From the IMG/VR virus record IMGVR_UViG_3300045837_000015, positions 1 through 41,807 of that record: DNA of 41,807 nt; one strand, written 5' to 3'. The notes beneath the pieces are model-generated. The model was not told the origin of the DNA and did not search any database. It was given only the letters and a program-made list of their open reading frames with translations. A program made the position numbers and the translations under genes. Each line of letters opens with the position of its first letter. The stretch's first letter is position 1. Origin of the DNA: a virus. Taxonomy: Duplodnaviria > Caudoviricetes. Shown here piece by piece: positions 24,401 to 34,429 of this stretch.

Positions 24401-24916
24401 CTATGTGCCTTGCAGGTTGTGGTTCCACGTCGCGGTGAGCGTGTCGGTGGACTGCTTCTGCGAGATACCGGTCACCAATATGCGGGCGATCGTGTTCGCG
24501 GCCGTCGATGTGGCGTCGGTGGTGATGGTGTCGTTGACGATGACCGCTTCGGTGATCGCCGATGCTGTGGTGGCCTGCCCCGCCAAATAGCTGCACTTGT
24601 ACTGAATCTGCCTGGCGGCACCGTTCAATGATGATTGCGGCCACGTCGAGTCGAACGCGTGATTGGAGCCGCTCAGATAGGTGGTCAACGCTGCGCCGGC
24701 ACCGGTTTTCGCGACCGCTGTGCTGCCGGTGCCCAACCGCATCCCGGTGGGTGCTGCTGGTGCGCCGCTGATGGCGGCGCCGCGCTCACCGTACATTTGG
24801 TCGCCGACTTGGGTGACAAGGTTGTTGCCTTCGAACCGCTCGACGAGTTCGCCGTCGGCGTTGCGCCGCTCGATCACAAGGTGCCCGATGATGGCTGCCG
24901 TATCTGCTTCTGTCAC
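24401..24916 (-). CDS. Virion structural protein (171 aa)
   Basis: NLVTQVG...LGTG...ITEA...K...DTLT.TW tail-collar-like pattern. Confidence 0.7.
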   Translation of the reverse strand: MTEADTAAIIGHLVIERRNADGELVERFEGNNLVTQVGDQMYGERGAAISGAPAAPTGMRLGTGSTAVAKTGAGAALTTYLSGSNHAFDSTWPQSSLNGAARQIQYKCSYLAGQATTASAITEAVIVNDTITTDATSTAANTIARILVTGISQKQSTDTLTATWNHNLQGT

Positions 24917-24929
24917 CTAAATCCTCGTA

Positions 24930-26006
24930 TCAACGCCATTCGAGAAGGGTGTAGCCGGCGCCACCGGTACCGCCTGCGCCGCCGCCGCCGCTGTTACCTG
25001 GCGCGCCGCCGCCACCGCCGCCGCCGCCGTAGGCGCCTCCGGTGCCGCCCGCGCCTGAACTACCGGTTTGGACGCCGCCGCCGCCACCACCACCGGCACC
25101 ACCGTTAGTTGATCCTGCGCTGGCCGGTGATCCGCCTGCGCCGCCGCCGGATGCGCCGCCCGCGCCGCCCGCAACAAGGGTTGAGCTTCCGCCCGCCGCT
25201 CCCGCCGCGGCGCCGCTGGTGCCGCCGCCGCCACCCGCCCCGCCGTTGGTGGTGTTGTTGGTTCCGGCGGTCCCGGCGCCGCTACGGCCACCGTTACCGC
25301 CTGCGGTGCCGGGATGGGTTGTCGCCGCGACACCGGTGGCGGTCGCTGTCCCGCCCGCGCCGCCGGTACCGCCCGCGCTTGAGGTTCCCGCGGCACCGGC
25401 TTTGCCGCCGCCCGCGGTGAGGGTGATCGACCCGGTGGAGAACGACGAGTCGCCGCCGTTCGCACCGGCGGCACCGGCCGCGCCGACGACAGTCGTATAG
25501 GTGGCCCCGAGCTGGTTGGCGGCTATAAATATGCGGTCGACCCGCGCCCCACCACCGCCGGCGCCGCCGGCGCCCTGCAGACTGATGCCGCCGCCGCCCG
25601 CACCCCCACCCGCACCTGCCCCGATCAGGGTGACATAGACGCCTGTCGCGTTCGCCGGGACCGCCTTGTTGGTTTGCGCGGTGTTTTCCTCGTTGAACGT
25701 GGTTCCCGGCGCGAACGTCGCTGAATCAGTGATACCGAGCGGGTCATCAGCGGACCGGGACATTGACAGCACCGCCGACCACACGTCGGTCAGGCCAACG
25801 CTTTCGGCGGGAACACGCCCATAGTTGGCGACCGTCGAAAATGTGTCGGTCAACCCGACCTGTTCAGCGGCGGGACCAATAGCTAGTTGCGCGTACCAGC
25901 CGGTTTGCGGCGCCGGTGTGGTCAACGGTGGTGGGCTGCTCCACCATCCTGTTGGTTGAGGTGGGGGGGTCAGCGGTGTCGGGTTAGTCCACCATCCGGT
26001 GCTCAC
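24930..26006 (-). CDS. Glycine-rich minor tail protein
   Basis: GTG 26006 overlaps the upstream TGA; TGW(W/Y) x3 N-terminus; polyglycine domain ending GAGYTLLEWR. Confidence 0.8.
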   Translation of the reverse strand: MSTGWWTNPTPLTPPPQPTGWWSSPPPLTTPAPQTGWYAQLAIGPAAEQVGLTDTFSTVANYGRVPAESVGLTDVWSAVLSMSRSADDPLGITDSATFAPGTTFNEENTAQTNKAVPANATGVYVTLIGAGAGGGAGGGGISLQGAGGAGGGGARVDRIFIAANQLGATYTTVVGAAGAAGANGGDSSFSTGSITLTAGGGKAGAAGTSSAGGTGGAGGTATATGVAATTHPGTAGGNGGRSGAGTAGTNNTTNGGAGGGGGTSGAAAGAAGGSSTLVAGGAGGASGGGAGGSPASAGSTNGGAGGGGGGGVQTGSSGAGGTGGAYGGGGGGGGAPGNSGGGGAGGTGGAGYTLLEWR

Positions 26007-29000
26007 TGGTAGGCCCGAAGCCACACCGAGCCGTCAGCGCCGTTAGCGCCGAAGTCGTAGTTGCCGAAGACACCGCCTTTGCCGCCGCCACCACCGCCGC
26101 CGGGTGGGCTGCCCGTCTTCTCGGTGGTGACATCGGTGCCCCCGAAGTACTGCTGCCCGTTGAAAGTGTCCGCACCCGGCCCATGCCCGGTGCTGTTACC
26201 GAACCCGCTGCCGCCCGCGCCGCCGGCACCGGTCAAGGTTGCCACCCCGGTGTGTGTGCATGTACTGGCGGTGCCGGCGGTGCCCGGCCCGTTGGTGTTG
26301 TAGTCAATGGTGCCTGTACCACCCGAACCGTGGGTGCCGACATGCACATTCAATGTTGTGGTGCCTGCGGGCAGGTTCGCCACCGTCAACGTGTCTGCGG
26401 CGAAACTGCCTGCGGCGCCGCCGTTGCCGACGCGGCCACCACCACCGTCACCGCAGGAACCGCCGCCACCAGCACCCAGCACAACCCGGTCCACGTAGTT
26501 CGCCCACGTTGGGATCGTCCACACGTAGTCGCCCGGCGTCGTGTATTGGTCGGTGGTCGGGGTAAACGACGACTGGCCCGCGGACCCGCCTAGCCCGATC
26601 CACGCCACATTGTTGCTGTAGACAGGTGTGGTAATCGACGTCGGCGGTAGCGGCACCAAACCATGCACCGGGATGGCCAGCGAACCCCACGTGCTGCTGC
26701 TTGACAGTGTCGCCGTGAATCCCACGGACACTGATCCTGCGGCATGCCCGAAAGCTGAGGCGTAGTTGACGTTGCTGCCCAGCGCAGCGTTGTAATCCTG
26801 GGTTTGGTTGTAAGCAGAAAACGCAGCGCCGGTTTGGTTGAGGCTCGATCCGAACGCCTGGAACACAATGTCAGTCGATGTCCCGGTCGTCACAGTATGT
26901 GATGCGGCGGTGCCGCTGCCGCTGGTCGTGGCGGCCGTCCCGGTGCCTGCGCCGGTGCTGGCCAGCGCGTACACTTCCATCGCCGTGGCGTCGGTGCCGG
27001 CGGAAATCGACAACGACACGGCTTGTGCGGTGGTGGTGCCGCGCAGCGGCGACGTCGGCCCGATATACAGGCCGAACGCCACCAGCCAGAAGTTTCCGGT
27101 GTAGTTGTAGGCGGCCAACTGTGTCATCGTCTGCCCGCCGCATGTCGCTGAAAACGTCGCCCCCGACGATTGCCCTGTTGACACATGCGCCATGCACAGC
27201 GCGTAGTTGTCGTTACCGGAAAAAGGCAGGTTACGGGTGACCGTCATCGCCGTCGACCCACCCGCCGCGATACCGGTGCCGATCTCATCCAAGATGGGAG
27301 CGACCGCGGAGCGGATCATCGCCATGCCCTGCGGGTACACATTCGGATTCGGCGGCAGCCAATGCCCAGTGATACCAACGATGTTGTAGGTGCCCGGCCC
27401 GCTGACCCGCATCTCGGTCGTGTACCAGTCGCCGTGCATGGTTGAAAACCAGTTCGCGGACGGCAGGTTGTAATAGTTCCTCACCGGGGTGGCGCCACCG
27501 GCCAGTGACGCGCTGATGTCACCTGATGTGAACACCTGGGACAGTGACCCCGTGGTCGGGTCGAGTTTGTTGACGGTCACCATGAAGCTGCTGATGCTGC
27601 CGGTTGGATAACCGAACCACGAAATGGACTTCTTTGTGCCGCCGTGAAGCGTGTTCATCACACCGTGGAACGCCTGCTGCGATGTGATCGGGATCGTCGG
27701 CGCGGTTGTGCCGTTGAGTGAGGAGATGTTGAAAACGGCGTCCATCGTCGGGTCACCGGCCTGGTACAGCGGCCGGGTCACCGCATAGTTGGACAGCGTG
27801 GTCGAGTTGTTTTGGCTGACGCTTTTCGTGTTGAACGTCGTATTCGCGAGACTGGCCAGCCAGTTCCCCAAATCAGCCAATGTGGCTTCCACGAACGACA
27901 CACCCGGCGGCAGGATCGCCCGCAACAGTGTGTCCCACGTGTTTTGGATCGTAGTCAGGTTGTCCACGATCCCTTGAATCCCAACCACGTTGGAGCTGGG
28001 GATGAAGAAGAACGGAAACCCCGTCCCCAAACCTGTCGGATTGCCCAGCCCGAACATCAGATCAGTGAACACCTGGATCAGCGCGCTGATCGGGTTGCCA
28101 GTCGTAGAGCCGCCGGTGATCGCGTTCAAAATGTTGTCGACGATGCTTTGCACATCGGCGCCGATGGTGGACGCGGCACCACTGATACCGGCCATCACGT
28201 TATTTCCCATGAGGGAACTCGAGGTCAGGTTGCCGTGACCGAACCACACCGTCCCCGCAGTCGCCGCGCTGGTGAGCTGTGACGCCATGCGCAGCGACTG
28301 AACACCCGCCGGCACAACATAGCTGCCCGACAGGGTGGCCTGCAGGGCACCGGTCGGAGCGCCCGTCCACGAACTGGGTGTGGCGCCGTGCCCTGTCCCG
28401 GTCTGCGCGATAACCACCGGCGACCCGACCGCAGTGTTACCGAGCTTGTCGGAATAGGTTTGCGCCACAAGCTGCACACCGGAACCGTTGTCGGTCAGGT
28501 TCTGCCACAACGCCTGAATTGAGAAGACTTTCGTCTGGCCGGGCTGAACCTGAACAAGATTCGAGAACAGCGGTTTGGTGCTGCCGTTCGCGGTGACTTT
28601 CGCCGAACCCGGTGTCGATGTGGCCGCCGCGCTCGCCGTCGGATAAACCGTGCCATCCCACGAATACAAGGTGGAGCCGCTCAACGATCCTGAACCGGAG
28701 AAGTCGGCGTTGCGTAGCTGGTTGCCCTGCACGGTGGTAACCGAACCCGCAGTCAGCAACCCGAGCAGCTCGAACGGTATCTGGTCGATCAGGTTCAGCG
28801 CCGACAGCGGCGAAAAGATCGTCAACAGGTCGGTGATAACGCCCTGCAGATCACCGATGCTGTGACCAGTCGCGGCACCGCCAGTGATGAAATTGAAAAA
28901 CAGGTCAAGCAGTTCCTGCGCCAACTGGCCGCTAGCCGACGCCAACGCCTCAACCAGACCAACCACGTTGCCCTGCGGAATGTTCTCCAGCGCGGTGATC

Positions 29001-29476
29001 AAACCACTCGCACCGCTGCCGCTGCCGCCGAGCGCGGAAATAATGTCAGCGATCGGGGCCAAGCCCTGCAGGAACGTGGTGAACGAGTTAGCTGAGCCGC
29101 TCGTCGACAGCGACCCCAAACCCAGCAGCGACAGAACAGTGTCGAGGAAGCTGATCGGCAAATCCAGCAGGTTACCGAGCTGGGTGCCGCTTCCCGACCC
29201 GTTGCCGAGAAACGTGCCGAACCCGAACACACTCAACAGCGCGTTCAGAAACGCCTCGACATCCTGCACCAGCGGCAGCAGATCAATGCCGGTGACCTCA
29301 TCGAAATAGGTGAGGAACTGGTTAATAAACTGTTCGATCGCCTCGATGGTGACCGCCGGGATATCGGCGATATCGGCGAGCATGTTCTGCAACTGGCCCG
29401 GCCCGACACCGAGCATCTGGTTGGGGTTGTGGGTGACCTGAAGGTTCTGCGGTGTCAGGTCGATAGCGCGCGGCAT
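26003..29476 (-). CDS. Large minor tail protein (1157 aa) with carbohydrate-binding-like region and C-terminal glycine-rich domain
   Basis: MPRAID start typical of mycobacteriophage minor tails; helical N-terminus; LGAGGGG...GADGSVWLRAYQ end. Confidence 0.88.
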   Translation of the reverse strand: MPRAIDLTPQNLQVTHNPNQMLGVGPGQLQNMLADIADIPAVTIEAIEQFINQFLTYFDEVTGIDLLPLVQDVEAFLNALLSVFGFGTFLGNGSGSGTQLGNLLDLPISFLDTVLSLLGLGSLSTSGSANSFTTFLQGLAPIADIISALGGSGSGASGLITALENIPQGNVVGLVEALASASGQLAQELLDLFFNFITGGAATGHSIGDLQGVITDLLTIFSPLSALNLIDQIPFELLGLLTAGSVTTVQGNQLRNADFSGSGSLSGSTLYSWDGTVYPTASAAATSTPGSAKVTANGSTKPLFSNLVQVQPGQTKVFSIQALWQNLTDNGSGVQLVAQTYSDKLGNTAVGSPVVIAQTGTGHGATPSSWTGAPTGALQATLSGSYVVPAGVQSLRMASQLTSAATAGTVWFGHGNLTSSSLMGNNVMAGISGAASTIGADVQSIVDNILNAITGGSTTGNPISALIQVFTDLMFGLGNPTGLGTGFPFFFIPSSNVVGIQGIVDNLTTIQNTWDTLLRAILPPGVSFVEATLADLGNWLASLANTTFNTKSVSQNNSTTLSNYAVTRPLYQAGDPTMDAVFNISSLNGTTAPTIPITSQQAFHGVMNTLHGGTKKSISWFGYPTGSISSFMVTVNKLDPTTGSLSQVFTSGDISASLAGGATPVRNYYNLPSANWFSTMHGDWYTTEMRVSGPGTYNIVGITGHWLPPNPNVYPQGMAMIRSAVAPILDEIGTGIAAGGSTAMTVTRNLPFSGNDNYALCMAHVSTGQSSGATFSATCGGQTMTQLAAYNYTGNFWLVAFGLYIGPTSPLRGTTTAQAVSLSISAGTDATAMEVYALASTGAGTGTAATTSGSGTAASHTVTTGTSTDIVFQAFGSSLNQTGAAFSAYNQTQDYNAALGSNVNYASAFGHAAGSVSVGFTATLSSSSTWGSLAIPVHGLVPLPPTSITTPVYSNNVAWIGLGGSAGQSSFTPTTDQYTTPGDYVWTIPTWANYVDRVVLGAGGGGSCGDGGGGRVGNGGAAGSFAADTLTVANLPAGTTTLNVHVGTHGSGGTGTIDYNTNGPGTAGTASTCTHTGVATLTGAGGAGGSGFGNSTGHGPGADTFNGQQYFGGTDVTTEKTGSPPGGGGGGGKGGVFGNYDFGANGADGSVWLRAYQ

Positions 29477-29480
29477 GCGC

Positions 29481-29831
29481 TCAGGTGGTGCTCGAAGAAG
29501 GTGTGATCGGAACCGCGGTCTGCCCTGTGATAACGATCGGGGTTTGCAGCGTGAACCAGTCGATCATCGTGTTGCCGGTCGACGCTGAGCAGATAATGCC
29601 GTAGCTGTAGGTGCCGGCCGGAAGGTTCAGTGTGACTTGGCTTCCGGTGTTGGTGCCGTTCGTTCCCGGTGTCCAGGTGGTTTGCTGCCGCGCATAAGCC
29701 GGGCTGCCGCCCGTCGCCTCATTCAAAACGGTGGACGTGTTGCCTGGCGGGCCGGTGCATACACCGATCCAATTTCCCAAAGAGACTTTGTAGTTGTCCA
29801 ACGCTTGCGCGGTGCTCAAAACATTCGTCAT
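29481..29831 (-). CDS. Minor tail protein (116 aa)
   Basis: TGPPG...EATGGSPAYARQQTTW...PAGTY motif. Confidence 0.8.
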   Translation of the reverse strand: MTNVLSTAQALDNYKVSLGNWIGVCTGPPGNTSTVLNEATGGSPAYARQQTTWTPGTNGTNTGSQVTLNLPAGTYSYGIICSASTGNTMIDWFTLQTPIVITGQTAVPITPSSSTT

Positions 29832-29844
29832 CTACTGCTGATCC

Positions 29845-31053
29845 TTAACCGTGTGTTGCGGTGAACGATGAACGCGCCGACGCGATCCCGTAATAGGTTG
29901 TCGGCAGCGCGCGCGTCGTGGCCTGCGGTAACGCCAGCATCGCCAACTGCGCATTCGCAGGCTTGAAATCGAAGCTGCCCCCGGCGCTTTCATTAACGAG
30001 GTTCACATACAGGGTGGGCTGCACACCGGCAGCGACTTTCGCGTAGTTGTTGTCCGGTGTCATCGCCGTCGTCGGCGAACTCGAGGAGCTGGTGTGCGGG
30101 ATGATCGTGACCACACCGGTGGCGTTGCCGACACCGAGCGCGACGATCGGCCCCGTGTTCGGGTCATTGAGGCGCACTTCGCAGCCGACGATCTGCGCGT
30201 TACCACCGACACCGCCGAAGCTCAGGAAGTTGAGGAAGCTGACCCCGAACATGGCCATCTGACCCCACACGAACGGCTGCCAATCCCACTGCTGCGCCGG
30301 CGCCTGCCACGTACACACCGTCTGCCTTGACTGGGTGATCCCGTTGTAGGCGGTGAACGCCGACTCGGGGATCGTGTACGGGCGCGGCAGGATGTCGCCG
30401 ACGTTCATCGGCTGGAAAATCGGCTGCCCGGATTGGCTGTATTTTCCGGCGAACCCGATGACTTGGCCGACCGTCGGTGGTGTGGTGTCGTCGAACTGGT
30501 TCCAGCCGCCCGCCGGCCCGGCAGGGCCGGCCGGGACCGCGAGGTGCAGCGCCCAGTTTGGATTCGACGACGGCCCAGTGACATCAATGTAGGAGGTGAG
30601 GTCGGGGTCGAGCAGGTTCACCGTCGGGGTGATCACCGGATACGGGCCGGGCGGCCCTTGCGAACCCATCGGCATGGTGCGCCAGCCGCCGGCAGTCGAC
30701 CCGTACCAGATGTAGGCTTGTGTGCCGACGACGTTGCCGTTGTTGTCGTAGGACTTGAAAATCCAGTACTTGCCGACGTCGGTGGTGTCATTCAAGTTGT
30801 TCGGCAACTGGGTTGGGTCGGTGAGGTTGTCGTTCTGGAACTTCAGCGCGAACTGCGGCGTCCCCGCCGGGCCGGGCGGCCCCTGCAACACCGGCACCGC
30901 CAACACACCCTGATCCCCGAACGCCTCCAGCGTGGCACCGAACTGGTTCGGGGTGCTCGGATCGGTCACCACACCCATCAGGTGCAGATTCGCGAGAATC
31001 GTCCCCAACGGGACAGTGTCACCGGGATTCAACTGGATAACAGGCTGGGTCAC
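29845..31053 (-). CDS. Minor tail protein with collagen-like G-P-x triplets (402 aa)
   Basis: QGPPGPAG, GSQGPPGP, PYTIPESAF, W.PFVWG. Confidence 0.85.
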   Translation of the reverse strand: MTQPVIQLNPGDTVPLGTILANLHLMGVVTDPSTPNQFGATLEAFGDQGVLAVPVLQGPPGPAGTPQFALKFQNDNLTDPTQLPNNLNDTTDVGKYWIFKSYDNNGNVVGTQAYIWYGSTAGGWRTMPMGSQGPPGPYPVITPTVNLLDPDLTSYIDVTGPSSNPNWALHLAVPAGPAGPAGGWNQFDDTTPPTVGQVIGFAGKYSQSGQPIFQPMNVGDILPRPYTIPESAFTAYNGITQSRQTVCTWQAPAQQWDWQPFVWGQMAMFGVSFLNFLSFGGVGGNAQIVGCEVRLNDPNTGPIVALGVGNATGVVTIIPHTSSSSSPTTAMTPDNNYAKVAAGVQPTLYVNLVNESAGGSFDFKPANAQLAMLALPQATTRALPTTYYGIASARSSFTATHG

Positions 31054-31322
31054 TGATCCGAAAACCCTTCAGTTTCAATATGGTCAACAAAGTTCACTTC
31101 CGGCGCACCCTGCCTCCACAACTCCTGCTGTTCGGGTTGCTCGCCGTCGGCTTGCTGCAGCCGCCACTGCGGGGCGCGCACCATCTCCACAAACATCTGC
31201 TGCGCAGCCCGCTTCATCTCCTCGACATGAGGTGCCGCGGCCCGGCAGTCCTTGGCGAACTGGATGAACGCCGCCTGCTGCTCGGGTGTCAGCTTCGAAA
31301 GGTCAACGCGTTTGATCGGCAT
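31050..31322 (-). CDS. Hypothetical protein in tail operon (90 aa)
   Basis: AAGGA RBS; GTGA coupling downstream. Confidence 0.65.
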   Translation of the reverse strand: MPIKRVDLSKLTPEQQAAFIQFAKDCRAAAPHVEEMKRAAQQMFVEMVRAPQWRLQQADGEQPEQQELWRQGAPEVNFVDHIETEGFSDQ

Positions 31323-31431
31323 GAAATCGGTCCTTGCTGCGCCGCAATTCGCGGAAACCGAGCACTAGGAAAATGCCAGCCACGATGGCCACCGCTGCCG
31401 CGAATCCGATCAGCATCCAGAAAATGATCAT
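31303..31431 (-). CDS. Small single-TM protein (42 aa, MIIFWMLIG...)
   Basis: Hydrophobic helix plus basic tail filling the gap after the 648-aa gene. Confidence 0.5.
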   Translation of the reverse strand: MIIFWMLIGFAAAVAIVAGIFLVLGFRELRRSKDRFHADQTR

Positions 31432-31435
31432 GCAC

Positions 31436-33382
31436 TCAGCCAAAGAATGTTCCCTCTCCCAAGAAGGCGCCAAGCATCCCATACATGGCGTTAATAGCGC
31501 GCATGGAACGTGCGATCGGGTCTTGCCGGTCCTTGTCGTCACCAACCGACAGCGTGCACAGCACCGGCCGGGAGCGGTCCCATGACCGCCGGATGGCGGT
31601 GACTTGGTCGACGTAGATGACGCCGTCTTGTTCCCAGCCGCCGCGCTCCCCCAATCGGATGTCGACGTCGAGCACCCACGGGAAACCGGATATGACTTGG
31701 GCTTGGAATCCGTAGTAGGCGCGGGTGTTCCAGTCGGCCTGCCGCAGCGTGAGGATGCTGGCCAATGTGTAGGCGACTTGCTGGCCGCGCTCAAAATGCT
31801 CCTGATAGGCGACGTCACCCGTCCATACAGCGCGGGTCGGGTCCGTGATCCGCTCCCACGCCAAGAACACGTTATCCAACTGGCCTTGGTACAAGTTTTC
31901 GATACCGGACAGGATCGGAGCCGGGCCGATGCTCTCAAACACGCCGGTGACGTTCGTCAACTGGATTTGCGACAACGCGAACCGAATCAGGAACGTGATG
32001 CCCTCGTTCACGATCGTCGGCGACCGGCCACCCGTCATCATCGTCCGCGTCGGAGCCTTATACAGCGTGTGCTGCTTCGACACCACCCGGTCATACTGCG
32101 AGTCCCGCCAGATCACTTTCGGCGGCGCAGGCGCCACACCGAGAATCGATTCGAAGAACGGTGTGACAGGGTTGATGACGTCAACCACCGGTTCGCCGTC
32201 CAGGGTTTGGCCGGTGTCAGTGTTCACCAAAGTTGTGGTGAACATGTCATCCAGGGTGACACCGATCAGGTTGAGCAGACCGTCGAACGCTGTGCCGGTC
32301 GGCCCGGTCTGACCAGACATGTCCTCAATGGAGAACACGACGCAGTTGCGTTTCGGTCGGGTCACCGCATCCAAACCCTGATCCGCGGCCACTTTCACGA
32401 AGTCATCGATCGCGCCGAGACCAAACAGCGCAAGCAAATCCATCGCGACGCCGCCGACACCGTTGACGATGTCGAACAGCTCGGTGTGCGGTGAGTCTTC
32501 GTCTTCGTCGAGCCAGGTGTAGGCGCGCAGCATGCAGCCGCAGTCCTTGAGCATGTCCACGGTGGCGTCATGCCAATTCGTCCACGCCGCACCAATCGCC
32601 GTCCACCGCGACTGGTCCAACACCGGGTTGACGAACGCTACCTGGATCGGCCACGCCAACGGATCAATGTTCTCCAGCCCGGTGACGTTCAACGGGTTCA
32701 GCCACGAAAACGGGTTGACAATGTTGGTGAGCGTCGACAACCCCGGCATAAACAGTCTGGCCAGGTTCACCGCGAACGTGATGAACAGAATGGTTCTGAT
32801 CGGGCCGGGTAGTACCCACATGCGCGGGAACTGCACCTCAGGCATCAGGAACGGCATGCTCGCGATCAGCAGCCGCTTAGCGTGCTCCCGGTGCGACAGA
32901 GCCACCAAATCGATTGTGCTGGTGCCGTCCTCGTTGCGTTTGACGTTGATCTGATGAACCTTGCCGCCCCACCGGGTACGCCACGTCCGCTGCGTCGGCA
33001 CCGGATCAACCAGGATATGCATATCCTCATCGACACGCGTCTGGTTGATCAGCCAGTCAACAAGCCAGTTGTCATACGTCGCAACCAGATGGGCGGTGCC
33101 GGTGTCCGACATCAATTCCTCGGTGTCACACGACAACTCGCCGGTCAGCTCGGCCATCACCTTCAGGTTTTTGTCGGCGAGCCGCACCATGGGCCGCTGC
33201 TGCGCGCTTTGTGTGATGAGGTTGGCTTTGTTCACCATGTAGATGAACGCCGACACCGGATTCTTGACGGCGTCAGGCACACCGCTGGCGCCGTTCTCCT
33301 CAAACACATTCAAAAACTGGGAGAACTGCACCGGCATGATCGGCTGCTCGGGGATACCGAACAGATCAAACGTGCTCGTCAC
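31436..33382 (-). CDS. Minor tail protein (Gp37-like / baseplate hub)
   Basis: RLADKN, RWGGKV, GGRSP, LGERGG, VGDD...DP motifs; second gene after the TMP. Confidence 0.9.
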   Translation of the reverse strand: MTSTFDLFGIPEQPIMPVQFSQFLNVFEENGASGVPDAVKNPVSAFIYMVNKANLITQSAQQRPMVRLADKNLKVMAELTGELSCDTEELMSDTGTAHLVATYDNWLVDWLINQTRVDEDMHILVDPVPTQRTWRTRWGGKVHQINVKRNEDGTSTIDLVALSHREHAKRLLIASMPFLMPEVQFPRMWVLPGPIRTILFITFAVNLARLFMPGLSTLTNIVNPFSWLNPLNVTGLENIDPLAWPIQVAFVNPVLDQSRWTAIGAAWTNWHDATVDMLKDCGCMLRAYTWLDEDEDSPHTELFDIVNGVGGVAMDLLALFGLGAIDDFVKVAADQGLDAVTRPKRNCVVFSIEDMSGQTGPTGTAFDGLLNLIGVTLDDMFTTTLVNTDTGQTLDGEPVVDVINPVTPFFESILGVAPAPPKVIWRDSQYDRVVSKQHTLYKAPTRTMMTGGRSPTIVNEGITFLIRFALSQIQLTNVTGVFESIGPAPILSGIENLYQGQLDNVFLAWERITDPTRAVWTGDVAYQEHFERGQQVAYTLASILTLRQADWNTRAYYGFQAQVISGFPWVLDVDIRLGERGGWEQDGVIYVDQVTAIRRSWDRSRPVLCTLSVGDDKDRQDPIARSMRAINAMYGMLGAFLGEGTFFG

Positions 33383-34428
33383 TAGCGCGCCCTGCGGTAA
33401 CGCTGCGGCAGAAACGCCGTAATCGTCGCGGCCGGGTTGGTGTGCGCCACCGTGAAATGAGTCACCGTCTGCCCCGGAGTCGTGTACAGAAACCGGGTGT
33501 ATCCGCGCTGCCAGATCGGGATACCCGCGTCAGCCACACCAGACAGAAAAAAGTTCAATATCCCTGAGGCGCGGGCGATCTTAAAGAAGAAGTCGTCCTG
33601 CGGATCGTTCTGCGCCAACAACGTGCGCTGCGCTGGGTCGGTGTTGCATAACACTGTGCCGTCGCTGGGTTCGATGATCGGCAACGCCACCAGGCTGTCG
33701 GAGTTGTTATCCTGCACCTTCGCATAACCCGCGCCGGTGATCAGATAGTAGATATAGGTGTCGACGTCGCCGCGATTCGCCAAAACAAGGTTCCCGTAAT
33801 AAAACCCATCGCTGTGCTTAGCACCGGCCGTCGATGCGGTCCACTGCTTCCACACCGCAGGCTTCGAATAAAACGGGTAGGGTGCGATCCAGTTGATGTC
33901 CCACACCGCATAGTTATTGCCATACGCGACCGGGTCTTGCCGCACCGCGGTGTCCACCGTCCGATACGGCCACACCTGAATCCACCGCCACCCAGACAGC
34001 CGGGTGAACACACCCAGCCAACCCGGCTTGTTCTCGACCTGGCCCGCCCACCAGCGGTCCTCAGCCATCCGATACGTGTAATTGTTGAACCCGGTCCCGC
34101 CGATCTGGATACGAAAATTGATCAAACGCTTCTCATAGTTGGTGCGCTGAATCGTCGAACCAACCTGAAACGCGCCCTCAATCAACACCTGGGAGAACGG
34201 GATGTGCTGCTCACCCTGGATCGTTTCACCGATCCGCACACCCTCCATCCCAGCGAACGTGCCATTCAAATGGAACACGTTTTGGTTGGGGTCGATGTAG
34301 ACGATGACCGTCTCCAGCGCCGCCAGAAACTCGGGAAACTGGTCGAGTTCGGTGTAGGTGTTGAGTTGCTGCGCCAGCGTGTACGAGGAGGTTTGGCCGA
34401 CGGGGATGCTGGTGATCGGAGCGGTCAT
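33382..34428 (-). CDS. Minor tail protein (distal tail-like)
   Basis: First gene after the TMP; FHLNG...EGV, GWLGVFT...GWRW, NRGD, TDP..RT. Confidence 0.88.
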   Translation of the reverse strand: MTAPITSIPVGQTSSYTLAQQLNTYTELDQFPEFLAALETVIVYIDPNQNVFHLNGTFAGMEGVRIGETIQGEQHIPFSQVLIEGAFQVGSTIQRTNYEKRLINFRIQIGGTGFNNYTYRMAEDRWWAGQVENKPGWLGVFTRLSGWRWIQVWPYRTVDTAVRQDPVAYGNNYAVWDINWIAPYPFYSKPAVWKQWTASTAGAKHSDGFYYGNLVLANRGDVDTYIYYLITGAGYAKVQDNNSDSLVALPIIEPSDGTVLCNTDPAQRTLLAQNDPQDDFFFKIARASGILNFFLSGVADAGIPIWQRGYTRFLYTTPGQTVTHFTVAHTNPAATITAFLPQRYRRAR

Positions 34429-34429
34429 T

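Noticed and set aside
20723-26024. PE_PGRS host genes or DGR template/variable repeats
   Set aside because: There is no PE domain and the context is a tail operon. No reverse transcriptase is present, and the paralogues do not appear to differ specifically at adenines.
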